Virus record (IMG/VR): IMGVR_UViG_3300020048_000036
Span: 32,001 to 96,000 of that record
Source: a virus
Strand: one strand, 5' to 3'
DNA length: 64,000 nt
Below, piece after piece: positions 30,297-39,136 of this stretch. The position numbers and the translations under genes are program-made. The notes beneath the pieces are model-generated. The model made no database searches. It was not told where the DNA came from and worked only from the letters and a program-made list of their open reading frames with translations. Each line of letters opens with the position of its first letter. Positions within the stretch are counted from its first letter, which is position 1.

Positions 30297-30344
30297 ATGG
30301 GATGTGGATGTAGTAAACCTAAAAAACCAAAACCAAAGAAGTAA
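30297..30344 (+). CDS. 15-aa Cys/Lys-rich micropeptide MGCGCSKPKKPKPKK (not in the ORF track)
   Basis: ATG 30297 to TAA 30344 fills the gap between two giant genes, 3 nt after one stop and 1 nt before the next start. Confidence 0.6.
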   Translation: MGCGCSKPKKPKPKK

Positions 30345-30345
30345 C

Positions 30346-33300
30346 ATGGCGTGTACTTATAATTTCAAAGGAATAGAATATAATACAAAGAAACAACTTG
30401 CTGATGCAGTTGCACTTGAATTTACTAACACTACAACATCACCTAACAAAATGATGTTTGAGGTTAATGGTAAGGTAGGTGAAAACGAAGCAAGACTTTC
30501 CGCAAGAAACAGGTTCGGAACAGACGAATTTCTTACTTTTGTAGAAAAAGAAGATAAAACGTATATGTTAGTAGATGAACGTCTGTTTAACGAGCAGACA
30601 GGTTCACAACGTCTAATATACAATGACCAAGGACAACTTGTAGAAGTGGATATTGATGAAATGATTAACAAGATGAACAGAGGTCAATTAAAAAACATCA
30701 ACGGCTCACTTTATGATACAATCCAAGCAAGGATAGCGGATAAAATGATAAAATCCGCAAAGGAAGAGTTAAAGAACGAGCAAGAAGGAACTACCCAAGA
30801 TTTAATGGATAGCCTTGCAGATTTTGCAGCTAACATGGGGATAACCGTAACAACCCTTGAAGAGTACAAAGCTAGTTATGAGGAACGTAACGGTATTCCA
30901 ATAACCACCCAAGCACTAGCAGATATATTCAACAAAACCATTGCATTAGGTGAGAACGCTACATTAGAGGACTTTACGGAAGAAATAGCCCACTTCGCAG
31001 TTAAATATTATAAGAACCAAGATGAACTTACACGCCTATTAGAAAAGGTAAACCAAACAGGTACCTACCAAAGATACGCAGAACAATATAGGACTGCTTA
31101 CTCAAAGGACTATTCAGGTGAAGCACTTGAAAATAAAGTACGTGAGGAAGTGTTAGGTAAACTTTGGGCAGAGAATATATTAAATAACTACAACACACAA
31201 AACAAAGGTCTTAACGAAACTGGAATCATAAATAAATTACAAGAGCTTTTTAATAGGTTCTTGGATTTGTTCCGCATTACAGATAGTAACCAAGCGTTTT
31301 TTAGGGAATTTGGCAAGACACTAGATAATCTAGCACAACAAACCACGTCCAAAAGGTACGAAAGTTTTTCACCTGTTGATTCTAAAGAAGTATACTATAG
31401 CCTTTCCGCAGAACAAAAGAGCGTAGAAAAGAGTTTAACTAATATACATGGAGATTTAGTTAATAAATATAAAGCAATACACAAAGATAACAAATCTTTA
31501 TTAAGGGACAGGAACACAAGACTTGCCGAAATAGCAGATAACATTAAAAACGCTTTTTACCTAAAAGCCATACAACGTGTTATAGCTATGGAAACAGATG
31601 ACATGCGAAAAGCCTTTAACGCATTAAGTAATGCTAGGATTGCAGTAGAGGAAATCTTGGACAAAAAGAAACAACTAGAAGGTTCCACATATGTAGCCCC
31701 AACCCAAGAAGAAAAGAGTAACATGATTGCCAAGGAACTAGGGGACGTTAATATAGCTAACCTAACCGTATTTAACCGTAATGTAGATGAGGTAATAGGC
31801 AAGTTACGTGCGGATATAGATTTTATCGCCAAAAACGATAAAAATATTAAGAGGGAAGACATAGCTTCCGTAAACCGCAGTCTTGAATCATTGGCTAGGT
31901 TGAAAGGTGAAGTTGGTCCAGATTTGCTTAGTATGCAACGCAATCTCGTGTACAACCTTATTTTGAAGAACTACCTTAATGAAGGTATAAGCATGGAACT
32001 AGCTAAAACCTACGCTTCCGATGCTGTTACAAATAACATGAAGGATATTGGTGTACTTGTTAGTTTTTTCTTTAGCGCAGGTACATATGGTAATCCAATA
32101 GTAACCGCAGTCAATGCTTATGTAAACAAAGCTAATTCTAACAGGGATAACCGCACAAGAGCATTCCTACAACTTTTTGCAGCAAAACAAGCAGAACTTA
32201 AAGTAGGTAAAGATGATATGGCTAAACTATGGTCTGACGGTTATATGTTGGATGAAGTTGACCATAACAAGCTTGATAGGGATTACGAAAAGCTAAAGAA
32301 AGATATTGCAACTAAGAAAGAGGAAGCAATAACATTAGCTAAAGGTAACGAAGCCCTTATTATAGAAGCCGACATAAAAGCAAGTGAAGCCCTAGAAAAA
32401 CTACAGAAAGAGTGGGAGCTACCTAAGTTTACCCAAGAATTTGAGAACAGGACTAGGAATAGGGTAGGTGGAATAAATCCAGTTACCAAATCAAAGTATC
32501 GTTCAAAAGCAGCCCAAGATATAATCAGGACTTTTTCATCCGATTCTAGGGCTATAATGAATAAATATAAAAACCCCCTTGAAATAACCTCTGCTGATAA
32601 AAACAGGCTACAAGACATTGCTAGTGACAGGGCTAGGGCTGCTTCATTATATGATGAGAACCAAAACCCCAAGACAGGGACAGCTTTAGGTATTGCACTT
32701 GACTTGCAGGATTATTATGAAAATAATAAAGCCGAGATTTCCGAGCAAGCCAAGAAAAGGTTTGAAATGGAACGGTTGAAAATCAAAAGTACCAAACCAT
32801 CAGAATATAAAAAATGGCTTGAATTTTTCGCATATCAAAAGTATTCGGAAAAAGACCTACCTAATGGTGAGTTAGACAGGGTTGTAGATAATGAAGCTAC
32901 TGAAACCGTGTTCAAAGACAAACAGGTTGTATGGGAAGAAATTAAGGATAGTATTGTTATTCCTAACCTTACAGGTGAACCCTCCTTCCAACAAGCCTAC
33001 GATGCCTTAAAAAGCAAACGTGAGCAGTTAATTAAGCCTTTTCGCAAAGTAAGGAACTCATCTGAAATAGATGGTATTGCTATTGAGAATGAGCCTGAAC
33101 TACTAAGTGTGTTAGAGGAAATAGATAGTAATTTACGTCTGTTCAAACTTGACGAAGGTACTGCACGTACTTTTAAAAAGACACCTAACGAAGCCTTTAA
33201 AACACAATACAAAAGGATATTGACCCGTAGTTCAAGGGAACAAAGGGATTGGTTGTTGCGTAACGCTGAACCCGACACTATTAGGGGTGGTTTCAAAATG

Positions 33301-35550
33301 GAAAACGGGTTTCCAATCCCAACTCAACGTCACTACAGTAAGTACGAGCTTATAAACGATGACGGTTCTTTAGTTGAAAAAGAACTTTCACCTACGTTGT
33401 ATTGGGAGATGCTTGTTTCCGACAAGAACACCCTTAACCCCGAATACGACACTTTCTTTGAGGGAAAAACAAGACAATACAACAAACCAATTAAGGAAAA
33501 GTACAAGAACCAAAAATACTTCGACATTTTCCGCCCAGACAGTAACGGTGTACCAACTCAAAATGTAAATTTACATAAGATGAGGCAGTTCCTTCTTGAC
33601 CAAAAATACGCTATGGACAGGAACGTAGGAAGGGTAACCAATGCTTATTATTTATTACCCCAAGTAAGACCATATACAATGGAAGCACTTACAAGTGTGG
33701 CCAAATTAAAATCAGCAGCATCAAATGTTGTGGGTGTAGTGGATAATTACGATGAGGACTTTAACATCAACACTATAGGTTTAGGTAGGAAAGGCGAGGG
33801 AACTTTTATACCCCTCCACTTCCACGTAAGGGCAGAAGACCCAAGTATTTTGTCCACGGACTTCTCGCATATGTATACTAATTATGCTGCAATGACCTAC
33901 AACCATGTGGAAAAGTCCAAGATACTTATAAACATGGAAATCCTAAAAGATACGTTAGGTGAGTCATACTTTGAGGGTAAGGGTCAAGGTAAAGGTACTA
34001 GGGTTTATAAAGCAGCTACAGAATACCTTTCAGCTCACATGTATGGAAACAGGTTCGTAGAGTTAAAGGAGTTTACCGTGAAAGGTAAGAAAATCTCCAC
34101 TACAAAACTTGTTAACAACGTAACCGCTTGGCAGGTAGTGAAGAACCTTGGATTAAGTATATACACACCAGTTGTAGGTGGAGTTGCGGCAAAGATACAG
34201 TCTAATATTCTTGCAAATGAGGGTGCTTATTATACTGACCAAGGTAAGGTTAGGGCTAACAAAATGATGAAATATGGTGCATCAATAATAGGTACTGCAA
34301 GGGATGTGGGGGAAGTGATGGCTAAGACTTATTTGGGTAAATTGGACTATTTTTCGGGAACTGGAAACTTAGAGAATGATTTGTCAAAAGGAATGTTCGC
34401 ATCCAACCAAATTGAACGTACATTTAAACAAGCGGATTTCTTTTTTGCCCACTACCAAGCAATATCAAAACTTATCCGTGTAGAGACTACTATTGCGGTG
34501 TACGATAATTTTAGGCTTGTAGATGGAGAATTTATAACTTTCCGTGCCTTTGAGGATAGGCTTGTTAAAAGTAATATAGGAATTTCCCGCAAAGAAGCGT
34601 TGGAACAATGGAAAAACTATCAATCACAATCAGTACTGGATTTCCTAAAAGAGAATGAAACAGGTATAGAGTTTGATAGGGAAAAACTATACAACGCAAA
34701 GTTTACGGGTAATGTTACGGAACTAAAAGCAAGGCTTGATATTGCTACAAAAACAGCAAACGATATAGTAGAAGGTCAAGTATCTGGAACAGACACCACC
34801 GTAGCCTCACGTAACCCCCTTGTAAAGTTCTTGTTCACCATGCACAGGGGATACTTCCAAAGATTCATGGAACGTGCCTTTAAACCCCGTCAATTGAACC
34901 CGATTGTAGGCGCAGAGGAAGAAGGAACATACAGGACTTTTGCAAACGTATGGGGCAAGTCTTGGGACGGGCTAAACGCAAAGGAAAAACTTATCTTGTT
35001 CTTGGGATATTTCAAAGCATTTGAACAGCACGATAAGGTAATGACTAAGTTAGGTCTTGATACGGTTGATGTGATAAATACCCGAAGGATACGTAGGGAT
35101 ATGAGGATGTATGCTTTTGCTTTTACACTATATCTTTTAGCTAATTTGCTTGCAGATGATGAGGATAGGGAAGATGATTTCTTTACCCAATATGCAGCTT
35201 ACGTAGCAAGTAGGGTATTTAACGAGACAGGTTCAGTACAGTTGCCTTTTGGTGCTATGGATGCACTTAAACTAGTGGAATCCCCTTCAAGCGGTTTCGG
35301 ATTCTTGGAAGACCTTTTAGGATTGCCTGGTTTTATAGTAAAAGAGAAGAAGGAAATTACCAAAGGAGCATATACTGGTGTTGACCCGTGGACTAGAGGC
35401 TTTATACGCCTTACTCCTGCAAAAAACATTATTGAACCAATGTTGTCAAACCCACGTAAATCAAATCTCTTCTTCCGTCTTAATACAATAGGACCAGTAA
35501 ATGAAAGCCTATTTGAAAATACAAGTGATTTTGTTTACGACAGAAATTGA
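30346..35550 (+). CDS. Giant putative ejection protein with degenerate zincin-like motif
   Basis: Start corrected to ATG 30346 (MACTYNFK, parallel to MACTIKRD of the previous gene). 1734 aa, FTEEIAHF motif, helical C-terminal half. Confidence 0.65.
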   Translation: MACTYNFKGIEYNTKKQLADAVALEFTNTTTSPNKMMFEVNGKVGENEARLSARNRFGTDEFLTFVEKEDKTYMLVDERLFNEQTGSQRLIYNDQGQLVEVDIDEMINKMNRGQLKNINGSLYDTIQARIADKMIKSAKEELKNEQEGTTQDLMDSLADFAANMGITVTTLEEYKASYEERNGIPITTQALADIFNKTIALGENATLEDFTEEIAHFAVKYYKNQDELTRLLEKVNQTGTYQRYAEQYRTAYSKDYSGEALENKVREEVLGKLWAENILNNYNTQNKGLNETGIINKLQELFNRFLDLFRITDSNQAFFREFGKTLDNLAQQTTSKRYESFSPVDSKEVYYSLSAEQKSVEKSLTNIHGDLVNKYKAIHKDNKSLLRDRNTRLAEIADNIKNAFYLKAIQRVIAMETDDMRKAFNALSNARIAVEEILDKKKQLEGSTYVAPTQEEKSNMIAKELGDVNIANLTVFNRNVDEVIGKLRADIDFIAKNDKNIKREDIASVNRSLESLARLKGEVGPDLLSMQRNLVYNLILKNYLNEGISMELAKTYASDAVTNNMKDIGVLVSFFFSAGTYGNPIVTAVNAYVNKANSNRDNRTRAFLQLFAAKQAELKVGKDDMAKLWSDGYMLDEVDHNKLDRDYEKLKKDIATKKEEAITLAKGNEALIIEADIKASEALEKLQKEWELPKFTQEFENRTRNRVGGINPVTKSKYRSKAAQDIIRTFSSDSRAIMNKYKNPLEITSADKNRLQDIASDRARAASLYDENQNPKTGTALGIALDLQDYYENNKAEISEQAKKRFEMERLKIKSTKPSEYKKWLEFFAYQKYSEKDLPNGELDRVVDNEATETVFKDKQVVWEEIKDSIVIPNLTGEPSFQQAYDALKSKREQLIKPFRKVRNSSEIDGIAIENEPELLSVLEEIDSNLRLFKLDEGTARTFKKTPNEAFKTQYKRILTRSSREQRDWLLRNAEPDTIRGGFKMENGFPIPTQRHYSKYELINDDGSLVEKELSPTLYWEMLVSDKNTLNPEYDTFFEGKTRQYNKPIKEKYKNQKYFDIFRPDSNGVPTQNVNLHKMRQFLLDQKYAMDRNVGRVTNAYYLLPQVRPYTMEALTSVAKLKSAASNVVGVVDNYDEDFNINTIGLGRKGEGTFIPLHFHVRAEDPSILSTDFSHMYTNYAAMTYNHVEKSKILINMEILKDTLGESYFEGKGQGKGTRVYKAATEYLSAHMYGNRFVELKEFTVKGKKISTTKLVNNVTAWQVVKNLGLSIYTPVVGGVAAKIQSNILANEGAYYTDQGKVRANKMMKYGASIIGTARDVGEVMAKTYLGKLDYFSGTGNLENDLSKGMFASNQIERTFKQADFFFAHYQAISKLIRVETTIAVYDNFRLVDGEFITFRAFEDRLVKSNIGISRKEALEQWKNYQSQSVLDFLKENETGIEFDREKLYNAKFTGNVTELKARLDIATKTANDIVEGQVSGTDTTVASRNPLVKFLFTMHRGYFQRFMERAFKPRQLNPIVGAEEEGTYRTFANVWGKSWDGLNAKEKLILFLGYFKAFEQHDKVMTKLGLDTVDVINTRRIRRDMRMYAFAFTLYLLANLLADDEDREDDFFTQYAAYVASRVFNETGSVQLPFGAMDALKLVESPSSGFGFLEDLLGLPGFIVKEKKEITKGAYTGVDPWTRGFIRLTPAKNIIEPMLSNPRKSNLFFRLNTIGPVNESLFENTSDFVYDRN

Positions 35551-35556
35551 TAGGAA

Positions 35557-35588
35557 TTTGGAAATCTGATTTAAAATTATTATCTTTA
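35557..35588 (+). promoter_or_regulatory. Bacteroidota sigma70-type promoter
   Basis: TTTG 35557-35560, 20-nt spacer, TATCTTTA 35581-35588. Confidence 0.75.
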
Positions 35589-35612
35589 CATACAAAAACC
35601 AAAAACAAAATA

Positions 35613-35804
35613 ATGTCAAAAGAGAGTAACACAGGGGGGATAGGCTTTGGAGCAGTATTGTTCCTTATTTTTTTAACTCTAAAACTAACTAACCACATTA
35701 ATTGGAGTTGGTGGTGGATATTCAGCCCATTTTGGATACCACTATTAATTGCTGTTGGATTAGGTTTAGTATGGTTGATATTGTGGGTAAAAGATAAATT
35801 TTAA
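35613..35804 (+). CDS. Small two-TM membrane protein of the WSWWW phage family; holin candidate
   Basis: Start corrected to ATG 35613. GIGFGAVLFLIFLTLKLTNHINWSWWWIFSPFWIP; lies near the amidase gene. Confidence 0.6.
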   Translation: MSKESNTGGIGFGAVLFLIFLTLKLTNHINWSWWWIFSPFWIPLLIAVGLGLVWLILWVKDKF

Positions 35805-35819
35805 AATTTAAAAACCAAC

Positions 35820-36104
35820 ATTATAATAAATAGTTTTCTAAACCTTTTTTCTAGTAAGAAAGAAAAATTTCGTAATCGAGAGCCATTTGACCCCGAACAA
35901 GAAGATGAAGATTTAAAAGAATATATCGTATATTTTAAGGATAATTTTACGAAGCATATATATTTTACTATAAAAGTTTTTGCCTTAGATAAGGAATCCG
36001 CAAAATTCTATGCAGTTTCCACCGCAAATACTAGTGGTTTATCTTTGGTAGATTTGGTTGTTGAGGCGAGTGATAAAGAAAAAAGCCCCCATGTTTACTA
36101 CTAA
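35820..36104 (+). CDS. Hypothetical 94-aa protein with apparent ATT start (not in the ORF track)
   Basis: Open frame of 94 sense codons right after the phage's usual leader aaaaaccaac; fills the intergenic gap. Confidence 0.5.
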   Translation: MIINSFLNLFSSKKEKFRNREPFDPEQEDEDLKEYIVYFKDNFTKHIYFTIKVFALDKESAKFYAVSTANTSGLSLVDLVVEASDKEKSPHVYY

Positions 36105-36130
36105 TGTTTTATTGTTAAAACAAAAAGCAC

Positions 36131-36138
36131 TATATTTG
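36131..36138 (+). promoter_or_regulatory. -7 element TATATTTG with non-canonical -33
   Basis: Matches TAnnTTTG and precedes a structured non-coding segment. Confidence 0.6.
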
Positions 36139-36142
36139 TGTT

Positions 36143-36261
36143 AATAAAGAGTCCATCTTTCCACTCGGAAGAAGGGAATCAGAAATCGTAAGCCTAGATG
36201 CTCTACGTTTTCCGCTACTACGGGGAGGGTTTTGGGTGCATCCAAACTCTCCCAATTTTTT
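36143..36261 (+). ncRNA. Candidate small structured RNA or attenuator leader
   Basis: Promoter, then a stem (agag-tc-catct/agatg-ctct) enclosing a GGAA-tetraloop hairpin, then a terminator hairpin. The segment is more GC-rich than its surroundings. Confidence 0.5.
36223..36261 (+). terminator. Terminator-like hairpin
   Basis: gggagggttttgg-gtgcat-ccaaactctccc followed by aatttttt. Confidence 0.65.
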
Positions 36262-36278
36262 CGCTTAAAACCAACAAT

Positions 36279-36506
36279 ATGACAACAAAACAACAAGATT
36301 TCGTAGACAAATTAATGGACTTCAATAATGGCCTATTACATTTAAAGGTAACAATGTATAATAAGGATGTATTAATAACATTCAATAAAGAATCATTACT
36401 TGTTTATAAGGATGGCGATAAAAAATATACACAAGACGAACAAACCGCTAAACCATTAGAATTACCTTTAAGAACTTTGTTGCGGAATTTTAAACTTAAA
36501 AACTAA
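36279..36506 (+). CDS. Hypothetical protein
   Basis: Start corrected to ATG 36279 (MTTKQQDF) after the leader aaaaccaacaat. Confidence 0.6.
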   Translation: MTTKQQDFVDKLMDFNNGLLHLKVTMYNKDVLITFNKESLLVYKDGDKKYTQDEQTAKPLELPLRTLLRNFKLKN

Positions 36507-36508
36507 CT

Positions 36509-37168
36509 ATGCTAACACCACCATGTACGGGACATGAATTTGAAGCAGAGGAATATAAAACAACAACTATGGAAATAGAAAAAGACTTGTTGGTTGGGGT
36601 AAAATATATACCATCACCAAACATAAGTGGTAAATTCAAAATCAATCTACCAGATACAATAATTATTCACTATACTGCTGGTTCAAGTGCTTCTTCGTCT
36701 ATAAAAACCTTAACCACCAAAGGCACACAAGCATCAGCACATATAGTTGTAGGGAGGGATGGGGAAATAACGCAACTAGTACCATTTGATACAATAGCTT
36801 GGCATGCTGGAAAGAGCGAATATGAAGGCCGTAAATCCTTTAACCAGTATTCTATAGGTATAGAGATAGATAATGCGGGATTATTGACAAAAGAGGGTAA
36901 TACATACAAATCTTGGTTTGGTAAGGAATACCCAAAAGAAGAAGTTGTAGAAGGTATCCATAGGAACGGAAATAAAACCCAATATTGGCACAAATACACG
37001 GATAAACAAATACAAGCCGTAAAAGAACTTTGTTCAACCTTAACAGAACATTACTGTATCAAACACATACTTGGGCATGAGGAAATATCAGTTGGGCGTA
37101 AAATAGACCCAGGGCCAGCGTTCCCATTGGATGAATTGCGTAGTGAATTGGGATATAAAGATAAATAA
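36509..37168 (+). CDS. N-acetylmuramoyl-L-alanine amidase (Amidase_2 type), endolysin
   Basis: Motifs IIIHYT, SAHIVV, AWHAG, SIGIE and LGHEEIS.GRKIDPG. Confidence 0.92.
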   Translation: MLTPPCTGHEFEAEEYKTTTMEIEKDLLVGVKYIPSPNISGKFKINLPDTIIIHYTAGSSASSSIKTLTTKGTQASAHIVVGRDGEITQLVPFDTIAWHAGKSEYEGRKSFNQYSIGIEIDNAGLLTKEGNTYKSWFGKEYPKEEVVEGIHRNGNKTQYWHKYTDKQIQAVKELCSTLTEHYCIKHILGHEEISVGRKIDPGPAFPLDELRSELGYKDK

Positions 37169-37666
37169 ATGAATTTTTTATCAGAAGGTAAAAAAAAAGA
37201 AGTATCATTTTCTAAGTTGTTTAAGAATACAACTTTTAGTGGTAAGGAAGTAGATATAAAAGAACATTGGGATTTATCAATATCATTTAAAATTGATGTT
37301 AAAGGTTTAAAGAAAATCAGTAGAAGTGATAACTCTACTAACGAACATTACCATTTTGTTGAATTAAAGAATGTACAGGGTAATCTAGGGTGGTTGTATG
37401 GGGAAGCGGATTATTTTGCTTTTGAGACTGATGAGTATTGGGTTGTAGTAAAGAAAGAAGACTTACAAAATCTAGTAAAAGATAAGGTAAGTAAAACAAT
37501 AGTTAATAGTACGGATAAATCCCTTTACTGCTTATATTCCCGCCAAGGTAGAAAAGATATAATAACTATGGTAAAGACTTTAGACTTGGTATTAATAGCA
37601 ACCCAAACCATACCAAAAGAGGAAGATAAAAAGTACCATACAATAGGCAACAGTATTTACAAATAA
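37169..37666 (+). CDS. Putative PD-(D/E)XK-type nuclease
   Basis: HWD...IDVK plus VELKNVQGNLGWLYGEADYFAF pattern. Confidence 0.55.
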   Translation: MNFLSEGKKKEVSFSKLFKNTTFSGKEVDIKEHWDLSISFKIDVKGLKKISRSDNSTNEHYHFVELKNVQGNLGWLYGEADYFAFETDEYWVVVKKEDLQNLVKDKVSKTIVNSTDKSLYCLYSRQGRKDIITMVKTLDLVLIATQTIPKEEDKKYHTIGNSIYK

Positions 37667-37674
37667 AAACCAAC

Positions 37675-38025
37675 ATGACACTACAAGAACAAATTTCACA
37701 AAAAGAACAAGAACTTAAAGAACTAAGAGCCAAAGTACGTGAGCAAGATAAAGAAGAATATAAAAAGTTAATAGGTAATTACTATAAACTTTCCCCCTCG
37801 GAATATATTAGGGTAGATTTAATAAACCAATTCACATCTAGTGTAATATTTGTAACAGGTTTGTTAATTTATGGTGGAAAAGAAGCGGAAGGTAACTTTG
37901 AAATTAAATTTTCCGAAGAAATCTCACTATCAGCGGAAGAACTACAACAACAAGTAACAAGAGAAGAATTTTTAAATTTCCTTAACCAATCCCTAGACTA
38001 TACTAGGACAAAACTAATAAAGTAA
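37675..38025 (+). CDS. Hypothetical protein with N-terminal coiled coil
   Basis: 116 aa, leader aaaaaccaacATG. Confidence 0.6.
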   Translation: MTLQEQISQKEQELKELRAKVREQDKEEYKKLIGNYYKLSPSEYIRVDLINQFTSSVIFVTGLLIYGGKEAEGNFEIKFSEEISLSAEELQQQVTREEFLNFLNQSLDYTRTKLIK

Positions 38026-38030
38026 AAACC

Positions 38031-39080
38031 ATGAGATTACTTTTTATCTGCAAAGAACGAAACCCTTACACCTTCGGTCAAGAAAAACAACTAAAACAAG
38101 AAGGTTCTTACGGATTGATAAATTCCTGCAAGCTAGTGGGAAAATATCTACAGACTCAAAACCCTAAACTAGAATATCAGGTAATAACTGTAGTTGATAA
38201 CAACGGTATAGATAAAGAAGTACATAACTACAAACCAACTCACGTATTCATAGAAGCACTATGGGTAGTTCCCGAAAAGTTTGACGTACTACTGCCGAAA
38301 TATCCTCATATTAAATGGTCTGTACGCATACATAGCAAAACACCATTTCTCGCAAATGAAGGGATAGCATACGAGTGGATAGCGAGGTATTTGGACATCA
38401 AGAAAAAGTACAATAACTTTACGCTTGCAGGGAATGATTATGAATACAGTACTGATATGAACATGGTATACCGTACTAACCTAATGGATACATTACCAAA
38501 CCTTTATCCAGTAAATACCCGTTTCAAAGTCAGTTGCAAGTGGGATAACAAACATATTAACATAGGATGTTTTGGTTCGCTAAGACCTATGAAAAACCAA
38601 CTACAACAAGCCGTAGCAGCTATAATGTACGCTAACGCAACAGGTAAGATACTTCACTTTCATATTAACGGTAACAGGGCAGAACAGAAAGGGGAACAAG
38701 TGTTGAAGAACATGATTGCACTTTTTGATAAAACACCACACCAACTTGTATTACATGGTTGGTATCCGCACCAAGAGTTTGTAAAGTTAGTTAAGACAAT
38801 GGATGTGGGATTACAAGTAAGTTTCTCGGAAAGCTTCAATATCGTAGCAGCAGACTTTGTAGCAAATGATATACCTATTGTAGTAAGTGATGATATACGT
38901 TGGGCCAGTAATTGCTATATGGCAAAGACAACTGTTGCGGAGGATATAATGAAGAAGATAGATTTTGCTTATAAGTGGAGAGGGTTAAATTTTCAATACC
39001 TAAATAAACTAGGACTTGACAAGTATAATAAAGAAGCAGCCACATTTTGGAACAAATACTTAAACAAACCAATACAATGA
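38031..39080 (+). CDS. GT-B fold (GT4-like) glycosyltransferase
   Basis: IGCFGSLRPMKN and MDVGLQVSFSESFNIVAADFVANDIPIVVS resemble the GT4 nucleotide-sugar binding motifs. Confidence 0.75.
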   Translation: MRLLFICKERNPYTFGQEKQLKQEGSYGLINSCKLVGKYLQTQNPKLEYQVITVVDNNGIDKEVHNYKPTHVFIEALWVVPEKFDVLLPKYPHIKWSVRIHSKTPFLANEGIAYEWIARYLDIKKKYNNFTLAGNDYEYSTDMNMVYRTNLMDTLPNLYPVNTRFKVSCKWDNKHINIGCFGSLRPMKNQLQQAVAAIMYANATGKILHFHINGNRAEQKGEQVLKNMIALFDKTPHQLVLHGWYPHQEFVKLVKTMDVGLQVSFSESFNIVAADFVANDIPIVVSDDIRWASNCYMAKTTVAEDIMKKIDFAYKWRGLNFQYLNKLGLDKYNKEAATFWNKYLNKPIQ

Positions 39081-39104
39081 TAACAGAAACATCAACTAAA
39101 CAGG

Positions 39105-39136
39105 AAGCCCCACCAACTAAGGTAGGGCTTTTCTTA
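39105..39136 (+). terminator. Terminator at the convergence of the + and - gene blocks
   Basis: aagccccacc-aactaa-ggtagggctt followed by ttcttattt. Confidence 0.7.

Noticed and set aside
30297-30314. Mimicry of the eukaryotic Lck N-terminus (MGCGCS acylation signal)
   Set aside because: A six-residue match in a bacterial phage; no N-myristoylation context. Treated as coincidence.
16238-35550. Virion RNA polymerase assignment for the giant ORFs
   Set aside because: No D-(F/Y)-D-x-D motif seen. The only DxDxD (DEDAD in the 882-aa protein) lies in a helical N-terminal context.
906-35698. Many antisense or nested ORFs in the track (e.g. 2243-3049, 19387-20040, 25226-25945; also 57997-58743 in the other block)
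   Set aside because: They are shadows of long real genes on the opposite strand, with no leaders or recognisable motifs.
36143-36222. Cobalamin riboswitch (AGGGAATC...CCGCTACT) or SRP RNA (tcGGAAga loop)
   Set aside because: Only short look-alike words. The B12 box and core pairings are missing, as is the SRP symmetric loop.
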